From positions 96,038,001 to 96,102,000 of the forward strand of contig OX597819.1 of the NCBI GenBank assembly GCA_951406725.2: a DNA stretch of 64,000 nucleotides, written 5' to 3'. Under the pieces are notes generated by a model. It worked only from the letters and a program-made list of their open reading frames with translations. It had not been told where the DNA came from and searched no databases. The position numbers and the translations under genes are program-made. Shown here one piece after another: positions 27,409 through 40,830 of this stretch. Position 1 is the stretch's first letter, and every line of letters begins with the position of its first letter. Origin of the DNA: Octopus vulgaris. Its lineage: Eukaryota.

Positions 27409-28058
27409 AATCAGTAATACACACACACACACACAAAGATATGCATGTGTATTTGTATATGTATGTGTGTACATATGTGTGTGTGTGCGTGTGTTGTGTG
27501 TGTGTGTGTGTGTATGTCATGTGCGCACGCGCGCATTTGTCCGTATCCGTTTTTTTTGCTTAAATCTACATCGGTATTCTGTCGTGTCCCTATATATTTA
27601 TAGGCCTAGCTGTTTGACGAATAGAAATCAATAAAATAATAATAATAATAAAAACAACAACCAAAATAAGTACTGGTGGCTATATGATCGATCAACTCTT
27701 AAATGTAGAGCCACAGCATGACCGCAATACAATGGCTGAAACTAGGAAAAGGAATAGTTTTATACGTAGCCACAAAATCAGAAATCAAGGGTTAGGTTTA
27801 GTTGATTAAATTGACGTTAATATTTGATTGGTATTTCATTTTATATATTCTGAAAGGACGAAAAGTAAAGTTGACCTCAGCAGGATTTGAACTCAGAACA
27901 AGAAAAAAAAAAAGCAATGGAACAAAAAAATCACAACGGACATTTGTCCGACGATCTAACGACTCTGCCAATCCAGTAATATTTAGCACGAAAATAAAAA
28001 TCGATAAAAACTCAGTGAAAGATTGAAAGTGAAAGAATGAAGAGAGAGATAGCGAGCG

Positions 28059-28100
<42 letters not shown>

Positions 28101-29073
28101 AAGAAAGAGAAAGAGAAAAATACCGAGAGTGAGTGTGTGTTAGTGGGAGTTAATCTTATTGAGGCGGTAGTACACCCTCTCTCTATTTACTCTATCTATC
28201 TTAATATTACTCTATATTGCTTTCTTTTTTCTCCCATTCTGATTATCGTGCTCTTCCTAATTATTTCTCTTTCATACGGACTTATCTCTCTCTTTCTCTC
28301 TCTGTTACCGGCAGAAACATTGAAGAGTTCTACAAATAATAATACTTCCATATATTGTACAGCAGCCGACCTACTCAGTTACTGCTTGTTATTTCTTTCT
28401 TCATTCTCTTTCCTCTTTTATTTTAAATTAAACCTTTGTCACCCTTTATTTAGCGTGTGAAACACACGCACACACACACAGAAAAGAGAGAGAAACAGAG
28501 GGAGTGAAAGAGAGAGAGAATGAAAGAGGGAGCGAGAAGGAAAAGATGGGAAGAGGGGCATAGGATGGCGGATGTAAATGTTGCTGACGTTGGAGATCGT
28601 CGTCTAAGGGAGATTATGAAGTAAAAACCAAGTTAAGTCCCTGTTAGTTACAACAGAACGTGATAGAAAATTCTACTTTAGCATCAGTATATTCAAACAT
28701 GCTCTCTTCAATAACGATGTCACGAAAGAGATGTCGTTGTACTTGTTTAGTTCCACGGAATTTCTGATCAAATTAACCTATGATTATAGGCGTTCCCTTT
28801 TGTGACCACCTAGTCTCCACCCATAGGATTACATAATCCAATGTGTGCTTCCTGTTCTTTTTATTTTTCATTTTTTTAAAGCAATATAGTGTAAGTTGAG
28901 AAAAATTTAACTGCTGTTTCTAGCAAGCCAGGTGGCCGCACCTCTTAATGGTTTGACAGCACTCATATTGTTTCAGTATAGAGCAGCGTCCCTAGTCGCT
29001 TTCAGTTGTATGATTTTCTAGATTGTTGACCAGATAGTCATCTGTTACAGAGTCCTGATAGCAATCTGACAAT

Positions 29074-29090
29074 CCGCGCCACCTGGTGAC
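29074..29090 (-). promoter_or_regulatory. Candidate CTCF-binding motif
   Basis: gcgccacctggtga; reverse complement tcaccaggtggcgc differs by one base from CCACCAGGTGGCGC; lies in non-repetitive sequence. Confidence 0.4.
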
Positions 29091-29192
29091 TCTGAGGCAC
29101 TATTAGTGGCTTCCAGCATACTTACAAAACATTGCCATGAACTGCACACATGCAGGCTAAAATATACATACATACATACATACATACATACA

Positions 29193-29226
<34 letters not shown>

Positions 29227-29231
29227 CATAC

Positions 29232-29262
<31 letters not shown>

Positions 29263-29699
29263 TGTATGTATGTATGTATGTATGTATGTATGTATGTATG
29301 TATGTATGTATGTATACCTCTGTATGTATGTATCTTTAATGTTTTTAATGGTTTAATAGATCAGTAAGTAGCATCAAACACATTACAGTCCATGGCCGCT
29401 TCCGGGTCGCTGGAATGTTTAGTTTGGCTCCCAGCCCAAATCTATAAAATTTATTATCATCATTATCATTTAAAAAAATTTTTAAATACATATTCTGCAG
29501 AATATGTATTGCTAGCATGTATTCGGAGTTGGAGCCCGAGAAAAGTCGCGATTAGCATTGGTTCCGATTAGTCGAATCAATGCCCCTTACGGCATCTTTT
29601 GTAATCTGAACCAAATGAAAAGAATGTTGTGAATACATATGCTAAGATGTGACCTGATTCCTCTTCACTTTATCTATATATGTAGTTTCAAATGGAATT

Positions 29700-30560
29700 A
29701 AGTAACTCTTCTTCCATACAAAGGTATCACTCAACACAGCCTTCACCACAAGCATTCCATTTGCGTCATCCCTGAACGCAGTTCTCCAATCCTCTTTGAA
29801 AAGCTTCAGGCGTGCACAGTTGGATCCACTTCACAGCCACTTTTACCTTGTGTGTGTCATGAAATCATTGTATTCATTGGACTGAGCAGGTGGAAGGCAG
29901 AAAGCGCCAAACTTGAGCTCTACAGTAGAATGGGGACCATCGACCAACCTAATTAGCCGATTGCTTAAGTTGCTGCCAAAAATGTGTGTGGTTATGCATT
30001 GTCATGGTGAATTTGGATAGTTTTCAGATTCTAAAATTGTTTCTTCTTCCTAACGACTTCTCTAAGCCTTTTCAGCGTTTCAGAGTGTCGCGGGCTAACA
30101 GTATAGCTGTGTTCCAGAAAACCGAAGAAAATGATGCCCTTGTCATCGCGCCAAACTATCACTTTGACTTTCTTCGGTTTTGAACTTCTTAAACCTTGAA
30201 GAAGAGGTATGATGCCATTCCATGAACTGAGTCTTCGTTTCCTGATCATAAAATTTATGCCTACATTTCAGCCTCTGTATGCAGATCGGGGATGTCATCT
30301 TTGGTTCCAAATGCTTCTAGCTAATCATGACTGCAATCCTGTTGTGCAGCGAACTCACGGTCTATGACTAGTCTGTCCGCACAAATCAATTTGTTCACTC
30401 GCTGGCGATTTGTGCCAGTGATCGCGGTTGATGGTTTTCCATTGCATGTTTTGTCTTCATTGCTCATTTGATCTACTTTAGACATCTTCATCTATCTGCG
30501 AATATTTCTGGTGTCAATTACGTTATCTCTGTAAACAATTTGGTAGTCCTATGTCATTTA
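29700..30560 (-). pseudogene. Highly decayed mariner transposase
   Basis: KVKVIVWRDDKGIIFFGFLE...LKRLREVVRKK and HDNA remnants on the minus strand. Confidence 0.7.
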
Positions 30561-32534
30561 ATAAAATAGTTATGTTATGTCCACTTTTGCACTATTTTCG
30601 AAACAACCTTCGTGTACACACACGCACGCACACACACAAACAAACACATGTACATCCCCACCACACACTACCCACACGTTCCATATATGTGTACATGCAC
30701 ACACACACACACACACACACACCAAACTACTTCGGGTATCACTTCATTTTTTTTCACTATCGGAAACATCATTTTCAAATGAAGGCGGAAATTTGATTAT
30801 ATCGCACCAGGTAAGTTGCTTCAGTTTTTTGAAAGAAATATATAGTCATTTAAAATACTGTAGCTATACAAGCTTGTACATATATAGGGAAAATCTTTTC
30901 AGCCAAATTATCCGTAATTCAATAATCCATCACCTGTTTTTTTTGTTAATACAATAAGTAAAAATGCGAAACAATAATAAATATGTTTCGGGTGTGGTTA
31001 GATTTTTCGGTTTTATCCTCTGCTTCATGAATCGCTAATTATAATTCAACACTACCGTTGCCGATATTTTAACTTCCATACTTCATCTAAAACTTAGATA
31101 GTATTTTGAAAGTTGTAAGAACTCTGTTTCTAAAACAAGTTGTGGAAGAGTCTTCACTGTTTGAACTTGCCAGCGGTTTCCTTAACTCCTTAATGTCTTC
31201 ATGAGATCTCACTATCATCATGTAATCACCTCCATCATCTTAAAATTTTATCTTTCTGCACAATCTGTACAAAACTGTTTGATACTGTTTGACCCTCTAT
31301 CTCGAGTTATTTCTTAACAAATATAACGCAATTTTCTCTAAATCGCAAAGCAACTGGTTGGTTTAACGTTTTCCCGAGTATCTTTAATATTTTTATTGGC
31401 TTAATTTTTACTGGATTCAGTGATGGCCTGATGTTTATCATAAATCGCTATAATCAAAGTTCTAAGAAATGTAACACTTTGAAAATATCACCAAGGCTTA
31501 AAATAATAACGTTAGATGCCAAATGAAAACTAGAAAGAAGAGAAAAGAAGGGTTTTGCGGAGTCATGAGAAGATGGACTGACAATTTTTGAAAATCAAAA
31601 TAAATTATCTAGTAAAATAAAACTTCCCATGCAAAAATAGTGTGGACAAATGTAAGTTATTTTAGAAAGGTTTACTCTCAAAAACTTTAATAACTTACAA
31701 AAGAAGAAAAGATACCAGTGTATACCGCAATAAAAGTTGGGGTCACATTCCTGATAGGAGAAATAGCTACTGGAGATTCTAAACTTAAAACATTGCTATT
31801 TGATACTACAAGAGTAATGAAATGTATTTCCATATTTAAGTTGTAATACGGAAATAACTCTCAACCATCGACAGTGACAGTGAAGCTGAGTTCGGTGGAA
31901 TGAAAACAACTTTAACAGATATACACTCCTTTGATTTATAAAGGCTTTAGAGGGAAAGTCTTTCCAAAGTAACATGTCTCATCAACACTAAAAGCTAGAT
32001 TTGGTTTTACCATCTTCTACAATTCATTTCTGATGCACCCTGGATATCAGTACTCGCTGATGGACTATCTAAATGCTATGAAAATTAGACCATTTTTTAA
32101 CCTTTCCAACCATCCACAAAAAGTAACAAGCATTTCGATGACTTCCTTATATTCTTTATTTCCCCTCCAAAATGAATAAAATTTAATGAGTTTTGATGGA
32201 TAATGGATGAGGAGATTGGTGAGTGACGCTGTACGTATTATCTATTAAAGTCCTTATTTTTTTTAATGTTCAGTTTTTCTCTACGAGTGTGTATTAATGA
32301 AGAAGCATTGCAATCACTTGAATTTTGCGTCGCAACTTTTGTCTGAGGATTCATTCTAGTTTTCAAAAACTGACAGTGCAGTTTCTGATGTTTTCTTAAA
32401 ACACGTCTTCTCTGCTCTTCCTTACAGCTTAGTTTGGTATCTGACGTTATTATTCTATATTTCTATGATATTTTTGAGCAACGGAAGTACAGAATTATTT
32501 TAAATTATTGTTCTTTAAGAAATTACGAAATTGC

Positions 32535-32880
32535 TTCGCAAGTGGTAGTGTACGAAGGTGAAGTCATCTCAAACACACTAAACCAGACGGTCGATAAGAC
32601 ATATTACATGTAAGGAAATGCTAAAGAAAATATTTTACAACCATGAATAGTTATTCAGATGCACCGACAAAAGAAATTCTACAACGCTAGCAAACCATCC
32701 CTAAAAAATGAGGGACCAAACCATCGACCACAACAATAAATGGAGGGTCCTAGAGAGAGCGAAGCCATACATAAATGGATCCAAGGAATACAATCCTTGT
32801 ACAGCGGAAAAAAAAGAACCCACATCCTATTTAAATCAAAGTGAAACAATAACTGTCTAAATTCAAAGCAGGAGATATTC
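32535..32880 (+). pseudogene. Penelope-like element GIY-YIG endonuclease fragment
   Basis: VVYEGEV...KTY...FYNH..LFR...RNSTTLANH...KWRVLERAKPY...PCTAEK...LNSKQEI, matching PLE endonuclease C-terminal motifs, with frameshifts. Confidence 0.75.
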
Positions 32881-32899
32881 TGATTTTAAATAAATTGTA

Positions 32900-34430
32900 C
32901 ACTTCTTGCTAAGTAACCGTCTTTTAATTCTCATTTAATGGTTTGGTTTGGAGCAAGAGGCTGTGTCCATGGTTCTCAGACTCTCTTCGGGTCCAGAGAG
33001 GTGAATGAGGTTTATATTCTCGAACACATGAAATGTGAAATTTGTAGGAAAACCATTGATAAGGAACGAGCTCCAGAGGACCGAGGTTCTGGGAAAAAGA
33101 ATTGGGCGTATTTTTTGCTTACATATAGTGGAAAGGGGTTTGAAAATGTTTTGCAAAGAGACACTGCATCTGTGGGTCAGAGATAAGCGTCTTTTGGACG
33201 TTTTTTTTTCTGGATGAGATGAGGTCTAAGATATCTGTGTGTACAGCAGCAGCAGCGTCCCAGATGTAAAAGCAGTTCACCATTATGGATCACGTTTGAG
33301 CTTTTTAGAGAATTAACGGCTTTCAGGAGCTGAATTATTTTCTAATCCTAAAATGGAAGGCCAGTCTTTGAAATACAGTTTTGTTTTGCTCTTTAGCAGA
33401 TGTGAGATCGCCAGAAGAAATCATTATTTATTTAGAGGTACAACGTTTGTAGCGAATCTTAAGGTTTTAGTTACGTGTTATTCACGGCCAGATGGGATGA
33501 AGTAGGATACAAGCCTTTTCTCAATATTTGTAGTAATTCTGTCTGTGTTGTTGAAGGAAACAAAATTTTTATGAGCCAATTGAAGTATATTACAAAATCT
33601 CAGCTTATGAAGCAGTTCAGGTTTGGTGTGAAATGCCTAGTTTGCAGTCTAGATTGTACGTGGATGATGCTCGAGTGTAGATAGTGAGGGAAGAGTCGAT
33701 GGTGGGTATCATTTGCTTTAGAGTGGGTATTGGCAATGGTAACGAAAAGTAGGTCGTTGATATTTATGAGGAGAAATGAGGGGAAACAACCAGAGCTTGG
33801 GCAGGCCAGAGTTGTTAGGTCGTAGGAGAGGAGAGGAGAGAGCGAGAGAGAGAGAAAGAAAGAAAGAGAGAGAGCTTCATCAGCAGAAATAGTGTCCGGT
33901 CCAATGGACGAGGGTACTGATCGAAACCATTGGTGAACAGTTTAGTTCAAGAATTTTGTTTGATAGACATGGCCAAATTATTTACTGATGTGAAATACAA
34001 CAACATCGTTTTTACTAAATGTTTCAAAGGTAAGAGTCCATTGATGAGTGACATAAAAGAGTTGATCTCAAGTAGATTTGGCTTTAAAGGAACCTTTATG
34101 GATTTAAGTGAACGGGGAGATGAGTTCAATATATTGGAGAAGGTTTGTCGTTGATGACTGTCTCTATTATCTTTGAGATGTTGGGAGCATGATCTATAGG
34201 ATGAAAGTTGGTTGGGGTTATGCGAGGGGTTGGTCTTATTGAGAATGGGACACTGTAAAGTGCTCCAAAAGATTAAGATAAATCCCTGGTGAGAGAAACA
34301 GAGAAAGACAGAGAAAAAAGTTAGAGCTTGAAGCGTTTAGTGAGAACGAGGGCTACTTCTGAAACGCATTAAGGGTTATTTCAGATACAGGTTCGACCAG
34401 GCTCGGCGGCCATGTTGGAAGGAAATGAGT
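32900..34430 (-). pseudogene. Decayed CR1/Jockey-type LINE with internal deletions
   Basis: AQT*SIMVNCFYIWDAAAAVHTDILDLI (cf. AQVRP.MEYCSHIW...LD.IQ); endonuclease-like remnants near 34100-34390. Confidence 0.55.
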
Positions 34431-34485
34431 GAAGGTTCGTTCTTTCGCACTTCGAATGTAAGTGTATGACAAATCATGATATTCT

Positions 34486-34517
<32 letters not shown>

Positions 34518-34533
34518 TGTATGTATGTATGTA

Positions 34534-34737
34534 TGTGACCGCGTGTGTACCGTTGGCGATTTTTCCCCTCTGTCTTCCCTTCTCTGGATCTTTCCTTCTC
34601 CTATGTTTCCGACGAAGAGCTCCGCTCGAAACGTTAAACCCTCCTTCTTTCCTTCTTTCCTGAGCGTCCAATAAAACTATATTTGTTCCACGTCCTCGCG
34701 TTGTTGTGTTTTTTGTGCTTTCTTGTTTGGATTAACT
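34534..34737 (+). mobile_element. ~200-bp Penelope-pLTR-like insert in (TATG)n with a minimal hammerhead motif (34605-34639)
   Basis: gttt-CCGACGA-agagc-tcc-gctc-GAAAC-GTT-aaac, followed by aataaa; (tatg)n on both sides. Confidence 0.7.
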
Positions 34738-35743
34738 ATGTATGTATGTATGTATGTATGTATGTATGTATGTATGTATGTATGTATGTATGTATGTATG
34801 TATGTATGTATGTATGTATGTGAAGGTATGGTTATTTATACATGGCACAGGTACGGTGGTGTAGTTGATATGTTCGAAAATTCTATCAATTCTACAAAAG
34901 TGGTTCGAGAAAGTGATGAAGAATTACAGGAATGTAAAATATTTTAACAACTCACATTTCAGTGCAAAACCATTGCACCTAGATACATTCATTGACAAGC
35001 TATTTTAAATATAAACCAGGATGAAAATACATATGATAATAGTAGTTCAGAGATATGAATGTCACCATTTACACGGACATATTTACCAAATAAAACGAAT
35101 GGAGAATACAAACAGTCTAAAACACAGCTCATAGCAAGATTTAAGGAAAACTTTACTGACTACATCTGGAAGCTACTAAGTGAAAAAAAGAGTTGTGGCA
35201 CGAGTCGATAGAGAATCTACTGGCTTGATATTACCTGTAATTGATAAAATTGGTAGAAAACAACTTGCACAATTTGAATGCCTTACATTTTGGATACAAT
35301 TTCCCTAGGCCAACAAATCGATCGAAATGATAACATGCAACAAAAATGGATTACCTAACTCAAATCTGCATCGTCCCTGTGAATAAAAAATACCCCCAAA
35401 AACATCGACACAGTCGAGAAAACGTCGAGAAAATTGGATACTAAACGAATATTGAATTCACGAATCACTTGTTATGACTTTATGATAGACTATTCAAAAT
35501 ATAGGGGACCTAACAACTTAGAGATAAAAGTAAACCGATAGCCCTTAAATACATACCACAACTGGAAAGTTAAAAGCTTTGTTACCGTAGGAAATAAGAA
35601 CGTAAGTTTACACCGTAGTTCACACTCAAAATGTACTGGACACAAAAACTAGGCGATCTTTACTAATTTCCAGTCTATAGATTCTCAGTTGTACTTATTA
35701 TAAGTGCACTGGGGCACAGTAACAACAGATTTGCATAGAAGTA

Positions 35744-36363
35744 CAGTGATTCCTCGACTATGGCGAGTGTTAGGTTCCAAAACCTTCCATAGAAATAATT
35801 AAAATTAAAAAATAAATAAATAAATACCTATCGGTTGTAGAAATACGCAATATAGTGAGGAGTCCCGATATAACTTTACATATACTCTTTTACTCTTTTA
35901 CTTGTTTCAGTCATTTTGACTGTGGCCATGCTGGAGCCCCGCCTTTAGTCGAGCAAATCGACCCCCCAGGACTTATTCTTTGTAAGCCTAGTACTTATTT
36001 TATCGGTCTCTTTTGTCGAACCGCTAAGTTACGGGGACGTAAACACACCAGCATCGGTTGTCAAGTGATGTTGGGGGGACAAACACAGACACACAAATAT
36101 ATACACATACATTTATATGTATATATACATATATACAACAGGATTCTTTCAGTTTCTGTCTACCAAATCCACTCACAAGGCTTTGGTCGGCCCGAGGCTA
36201 TAGTAGAAGACACTTGCCCAAGGTGCCACGCTGTGGGACTGAACCCGGAACCATGTGGTTCGTAAGTAAGCTACTTACAACACACCCACTCCTACACCTA
36301 TATTAGCCAGAAAAATGTACTGAGTGCGCGATAGGTAAACCGCGATACGGCAAGGGATTACTG
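35744..36363. mobile_element. Tigger/pogo-like MITE (TA TSD) containing a SINE B insertion
   Basis: ta|cagtgattcctcgactatggcg ... cgcgatacggcaagggattactg|ta imperfect TIRs. Confidence 0.7.
35885..36300 (-). mobile_element. SINE family B, full length
   Basis: (ctctttta) tail, internal microsatellite, tRNA-like head at right; colinear with 55447-55863. Confidence 0.9.
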
Positions 36364-36540
36364 TATTGGAATCTTGGAGGTTTTCTTTTACAGAAGAGAA
36401 AATAAGTGACTCGCAGTCACTAAATCCAATCGATGAGCGGCACGGTGAAAGTTTGTAAAATATAGCAAGGATTTCCCTGTTGAAGTTTCCTAGAATGAAC
36501 GCATACAATCACGTGTATATACAGCATACGCACAAATATG

Positions 36541-36986
36541 GGACCTTTTCGGTTTGAACGGCAGTTTTTTCTAGCGGTGTCATATGAAATTGTCACCCAT
36601 AATTATGACCCTAGTATCGATCTATTGCATTTCAATCTGTTTTAGGGTTAGGGTTAGTGAGAGTTAGGTAGGGTTAGGGTTAGGGGTGGAGGAAGGGTAT
36701 CTTTTTTTCTTCACAAATGTAAATAAACCCAATCTGTTTCTTAAACGAGGGACATATTCATAAGGCACAGAATGTTTTTTTTACCTCAATAGACGTCAGT
36801 GATTGGTTGATATTGCAGAAATTGAAGAAAAAAACAACAACAAATATCTTACAAACTATAGAATTTTCTCAATAAAGCCAAGGGAAAAAGATGTTTTATA
36901 AACACATTCTACCAGTATACGAAGTTTAAAATGTTTTAGCTAACTAGAAATTATGTTAAAAACTGCCGTTCAAGCAGAAAAGATCC
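36541..36986. mobile_element. MITE with ~30-bp TIRs, perfect 8-bp TSD and internal TTAGGG repeats; related to 21952-23012
   Basis: caaatatg|ggaccttttcggtttgaacggcagttttt ... aaaaactgccgttcaagcagaaaagatcc|caaatatg; shares acacattctaccagtatacgaagttt with the 22-kb element. Confidence 0.92.
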
Positions 36987-37425
36987 CAAATATGTAAAGG
37001 GTAATCACACACACCCATCCTCAAAACAGGGACACATACACATACAGACGCGCGCGCACACACACACCAGAGTAACTTGGGGCTTATGGAATTAAATATG
37101 AAAGCCCTTGTTTCATATATTACTTAGAATACGATCTCTTGATCCTCACCGAGATGAGGGAGTCAACATACATTCTTTATCAGCCAAATCTTAAATGTTA
37201 AATTTAAAATTTAAATTTTAATTTACCTGAAGAAAAGGTTTTTTCACGATGTCATTGATTTGTTCATCAATAAAAACCGCATCTAAAACACCTGTAGTGA
37301 ACCTCGATCCATTTGTATTCTTAGAATATAAGAAGTCATATGTTACTTAAAACATATCAAACAGGTGCCAAGTAAATGCTTGAAAACAAGTATGGACGCT
37401 TGGGACACGCTTATTAAAATGATTT

Positions 37426-38027
37426 TAAGGCGGCGAGCTGGCAGAAACGTTAGCGCGCAGGACGAAATGCTTAGCGGTATTTCCTCTGTCGTTACGTTCT
37501 GAGTTCAAATTCCGCCGAGGTCAACTTTGCCTTTCATCCTTTCGGGGTCGATAAATTAAGTACCAGTTTCGCACTGGGGTCGATGTGATCGACTTAATCC
37601 GTTTGTCTGTCCTTGTTTGTCCCTTCTATGTTTAGCCCCTTGTGGGTAGTAAAGAAATAGGTATTCTGTCTGTCGTTACGTTCTGAGTTCAAATTCCGCC
37701 GAGGTCAACTTTGCCTTTCATCCTTTCAGGGTTGATAAATTAAGTACCAGTTTCGCACTGGGGTCGATGTGATCGACTTAATCCGTTTGTCTGTCCTTGT
37801 TTGTCCCTTCTATGTTTAGCCCCTTGTGGGTAGTAAAGAAATAGGTATTCTGTCTGTCGTTACGTTCTGAGTTCGAATTCCGCCGAGGTCAACTTTGCCT
37901 TTCATCCTTTCGGGGTCGATAAATTAAGTACCAGTTTCGCACTGGGGTCGATGCAATCGACTTAATCCCTTTGTCTGTCCTTGTTTGTCTCCTCTATGTT
38001 TAGCCCCTTGTGGGCAATAAAGAAATA
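37426..38027 (+). mobile_element. SINE family A trimer (head plus three 184-bp units) with 14-bp TSD
   Basis: gttacgttctgag at 37491, 37675 and 37859; TSD tattaaaatgattt at 37412-37425 and 38028-38041. Confidence 0.95.
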
Positions 38028-39178
38028 TATTAAAATGATTTGGACAGGCAAAGGGTTAAGTCCTATTACATGACTTTAAGTTAATCCACACACGTACGCC
38101 TACATATATACATACTTATATTTATAAATTTCCTGGAATTATCTTCTCTCAAGAAGGGTCTCATAATTTTGTTGACTGATTTGAATTCTGAAAAGACATA
38201 AATCTCAAAAGTATAGTCTTAAACAACATGCCCCCTTCCACCATTCAGTCAGCTTTGCGAGATAGCTCTAGCCAGCCAGCCAGCCGACTAACCAGCAAGC
38301 CAACCAAGTCAGCCAAACAGCCAGACAGCCAGACAGCCAGACATAACGTCTGACAAGCAGAGAGTGTTTATTATTTCTTTGGGAATTAGTGTCGTATGTG
38401 AGTGTGTTTGGGTGTCAGAAATGTGTGTATGTATGTATTTGTGTGCGTGCGTGTGTATGTGTCTGTATATGTATGCGTGTGTGTGTATGTGTGTGTGTGT
38501 GTGTGTGTGTGTAATGAAAGTAAAGTATATTTAACATTCTTGAATATGGAGTCAGGTCAGACGATTTAGGGTGTGGGAAGGGCGAGGGCTATGTGAAACC
38601 CTGCCTCTCCCCTGTGTCGGGGGAGCTGAAGGAGCTGAAGGGGTTGGGATAGGGATTGTAAACAGTCATGTCGTCTTACACTGTTTTCATTTCTTCTCCA
38701 ATTTCAAGGTCAACGTCTGTGGAAGCTGGCTATGGTGGTGATAGAGGTGGTGGTAATGGTGGTGGTGGTAATGTTGTTGTTGTTGTTGGTGGCGGTGGTG
38801 ACAGTGGTGGTGGTGGTGGTGGAAGTGTTGTTGGTAGTGGTTGAGAGGGTTTTGGTGGAGGAGGTGTTGTTGTTGTTAGTAGTAGTAGTAGTAGTGATGG
38901 TAGTGGTAGTGAGTATAGGGAGAGGCTTTGATGAATTGTGTATTATATACACTTATAGGTTACAATGCACATGCTGAGACATGCACGCAACACACACACA
39001 CAGACACACACACAGAGACACGGACACACACACACACAGACACACACACACACACTGGTAGACAACCTATATATAATATAATCAAATACACATTTACAAT
39101 CACTCACATGCTCAAGTACCTACAGTTAAACCACACGTGCACACTCTCACACACACATATGCACACACACACACACAT

Positions 39179-39239
<61 letters not shown>

Positions 39240-40164
39240 GCATTGTGAGTCAGCACACAGCGTTAAAAAATAAAATTGAGCCAAGGGAAGCAACCGAAAT
39301 AGGCCAATGACATGACTATAGATGAACTAAAGGTTGACATAGTGAACGGCGCACAAGAAGAAAAAAAAAATTAATCGCAGTTAGCGAAATAAAACAAACA
39401 CTTAGCGGTTAGTTGTTAGATACCCTCAAAGAAAAGGGGAGATAACTTTTAATAAATTAAGGACTAATCTCTTTCCGTGTTTTGAGAAAGTTTTTCTTTC
39501 CTTACAAAGGAGATAAGTATGGGAATGTTTCAGTTTATTAGACCACAGTCAAGTCAGGATTCTTATATTTAAAAAAAAGATTTATGAACAGAATAATTTC
39601 CTTGGACTCATTTTGTCTCAGTAATGCAACGTATTCCGGCCATGAATTATTCTGAACTTTTTTCCTCACTCCATTTAGTTTTTGTCCATTTAGACCTTTG
39701 GACTAGTAAGGTCTAACCGACGGAAGCATGTTCTTTCTTGTTCCGTTTCTCTGTAAGCAAACATCAAATTTTCCCTTAATTTTTAAACAATTTGAGATTT
39801 GCATTATAATTAAATTATCTCCCCTTTCACTGGGGAAACATTGTCAATTACCGCGAAGTTTTAGTTTTTCTCTAGTACAGGTGTGTGTGGGATTTTAAGC
39901 AAGAATTTTTCGCATACGTCTTGTAATATATCATCTGTAATATATTTCGTCTGTCTTTATGTTCTGAGTTCAAATTCCACCGATGTCGGCTTTGCCTTTC
40001 ATCCTTTCGGGGGATAAATTAAGTACCAGTTGCGTACTGGGGTCGATCTAATCAACTGGCCATCTCCCCAAAAATTTCGGGCCTTGAATAATTTTTAATC
40101 ATTATGATTTATATACTAAAATAAAAAAAAAAAGCTAAGAGAGTGGCGATGAGGAAGGGTGTCT

Positions 40165-40830
40165 ACTGAATGCTAACATAAAAAAGTTCTTAATTGAATT
40201 CAAATTTGTCTCTTCCTTGCCACGATATGTCTCTATACCCCACCACGCTATATCCTACACCTCTCCACTCTACATCTCCCGACACTACACCCTCACGTCT
40301 CCACCCTCCACTCCTATATCTTCCCACCATGCAACCCACTTCATCTCTCCATCCTACACCCTGCGTCTTTCCATCATACGCTCTACGCCTCTCCATCTGA
40401 CGTCCTACACACATTTCAAATTTCATTTCAACTCACCTCACTACTGACGCCATCTTTTTGGATGCATTCTCTCTAAATCCTCACAGCAACTCATGTGGGC
40501 CACAGTCCACTCCCCCTATTCCAAGTTTCTTCCACTGCACTGTGTTATCGAACATTCTAGACCTCTCCTCCCTTCCATCTGGATGGACTCTCCCATTTCC
40601 CTTTTACATCCACCATTTTAACCGACAATTGTTCAACTTCCTCTCGAATACCAAAGCCCACCACTTCATCAGTTTGTATATCAACTTTCTATTGTCTGCA
40701 CACCTAGCTCATCCATACGCACTTTGGCGACTTTACCCCCGGACTTACTAATCTCCCTTGGAAGAGCTCGCCATTTCATAACCCTCCCTCCATGCCCAAA
40801 CCGACACCGAATATTTCCAGTGTTGCACTC
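40165..40830 (+). pseudogene. Decayed LINE AP-endonuclease region
   Basis: SNILDLSS (cf. NILDLFLT); pyrimidine-rich composition like the other CR1-type relics. Confidence 0.4.

Noticed and set aside
28290-28400. Possible exon after a polypyrimidine tract
   Set aside because: No convincing acceptor-donor pair or coding signal; CT tracts are ubiquitous here
31000-32500. Possible decayed transposase region
   Set aside because: Complex AT-rich sequence, but no motif could be identified
37426-38027. CRISPR-like or satellite array
   Set aside because: Units are whole SINE bodies with no unique spacers, in a eukaryotic context
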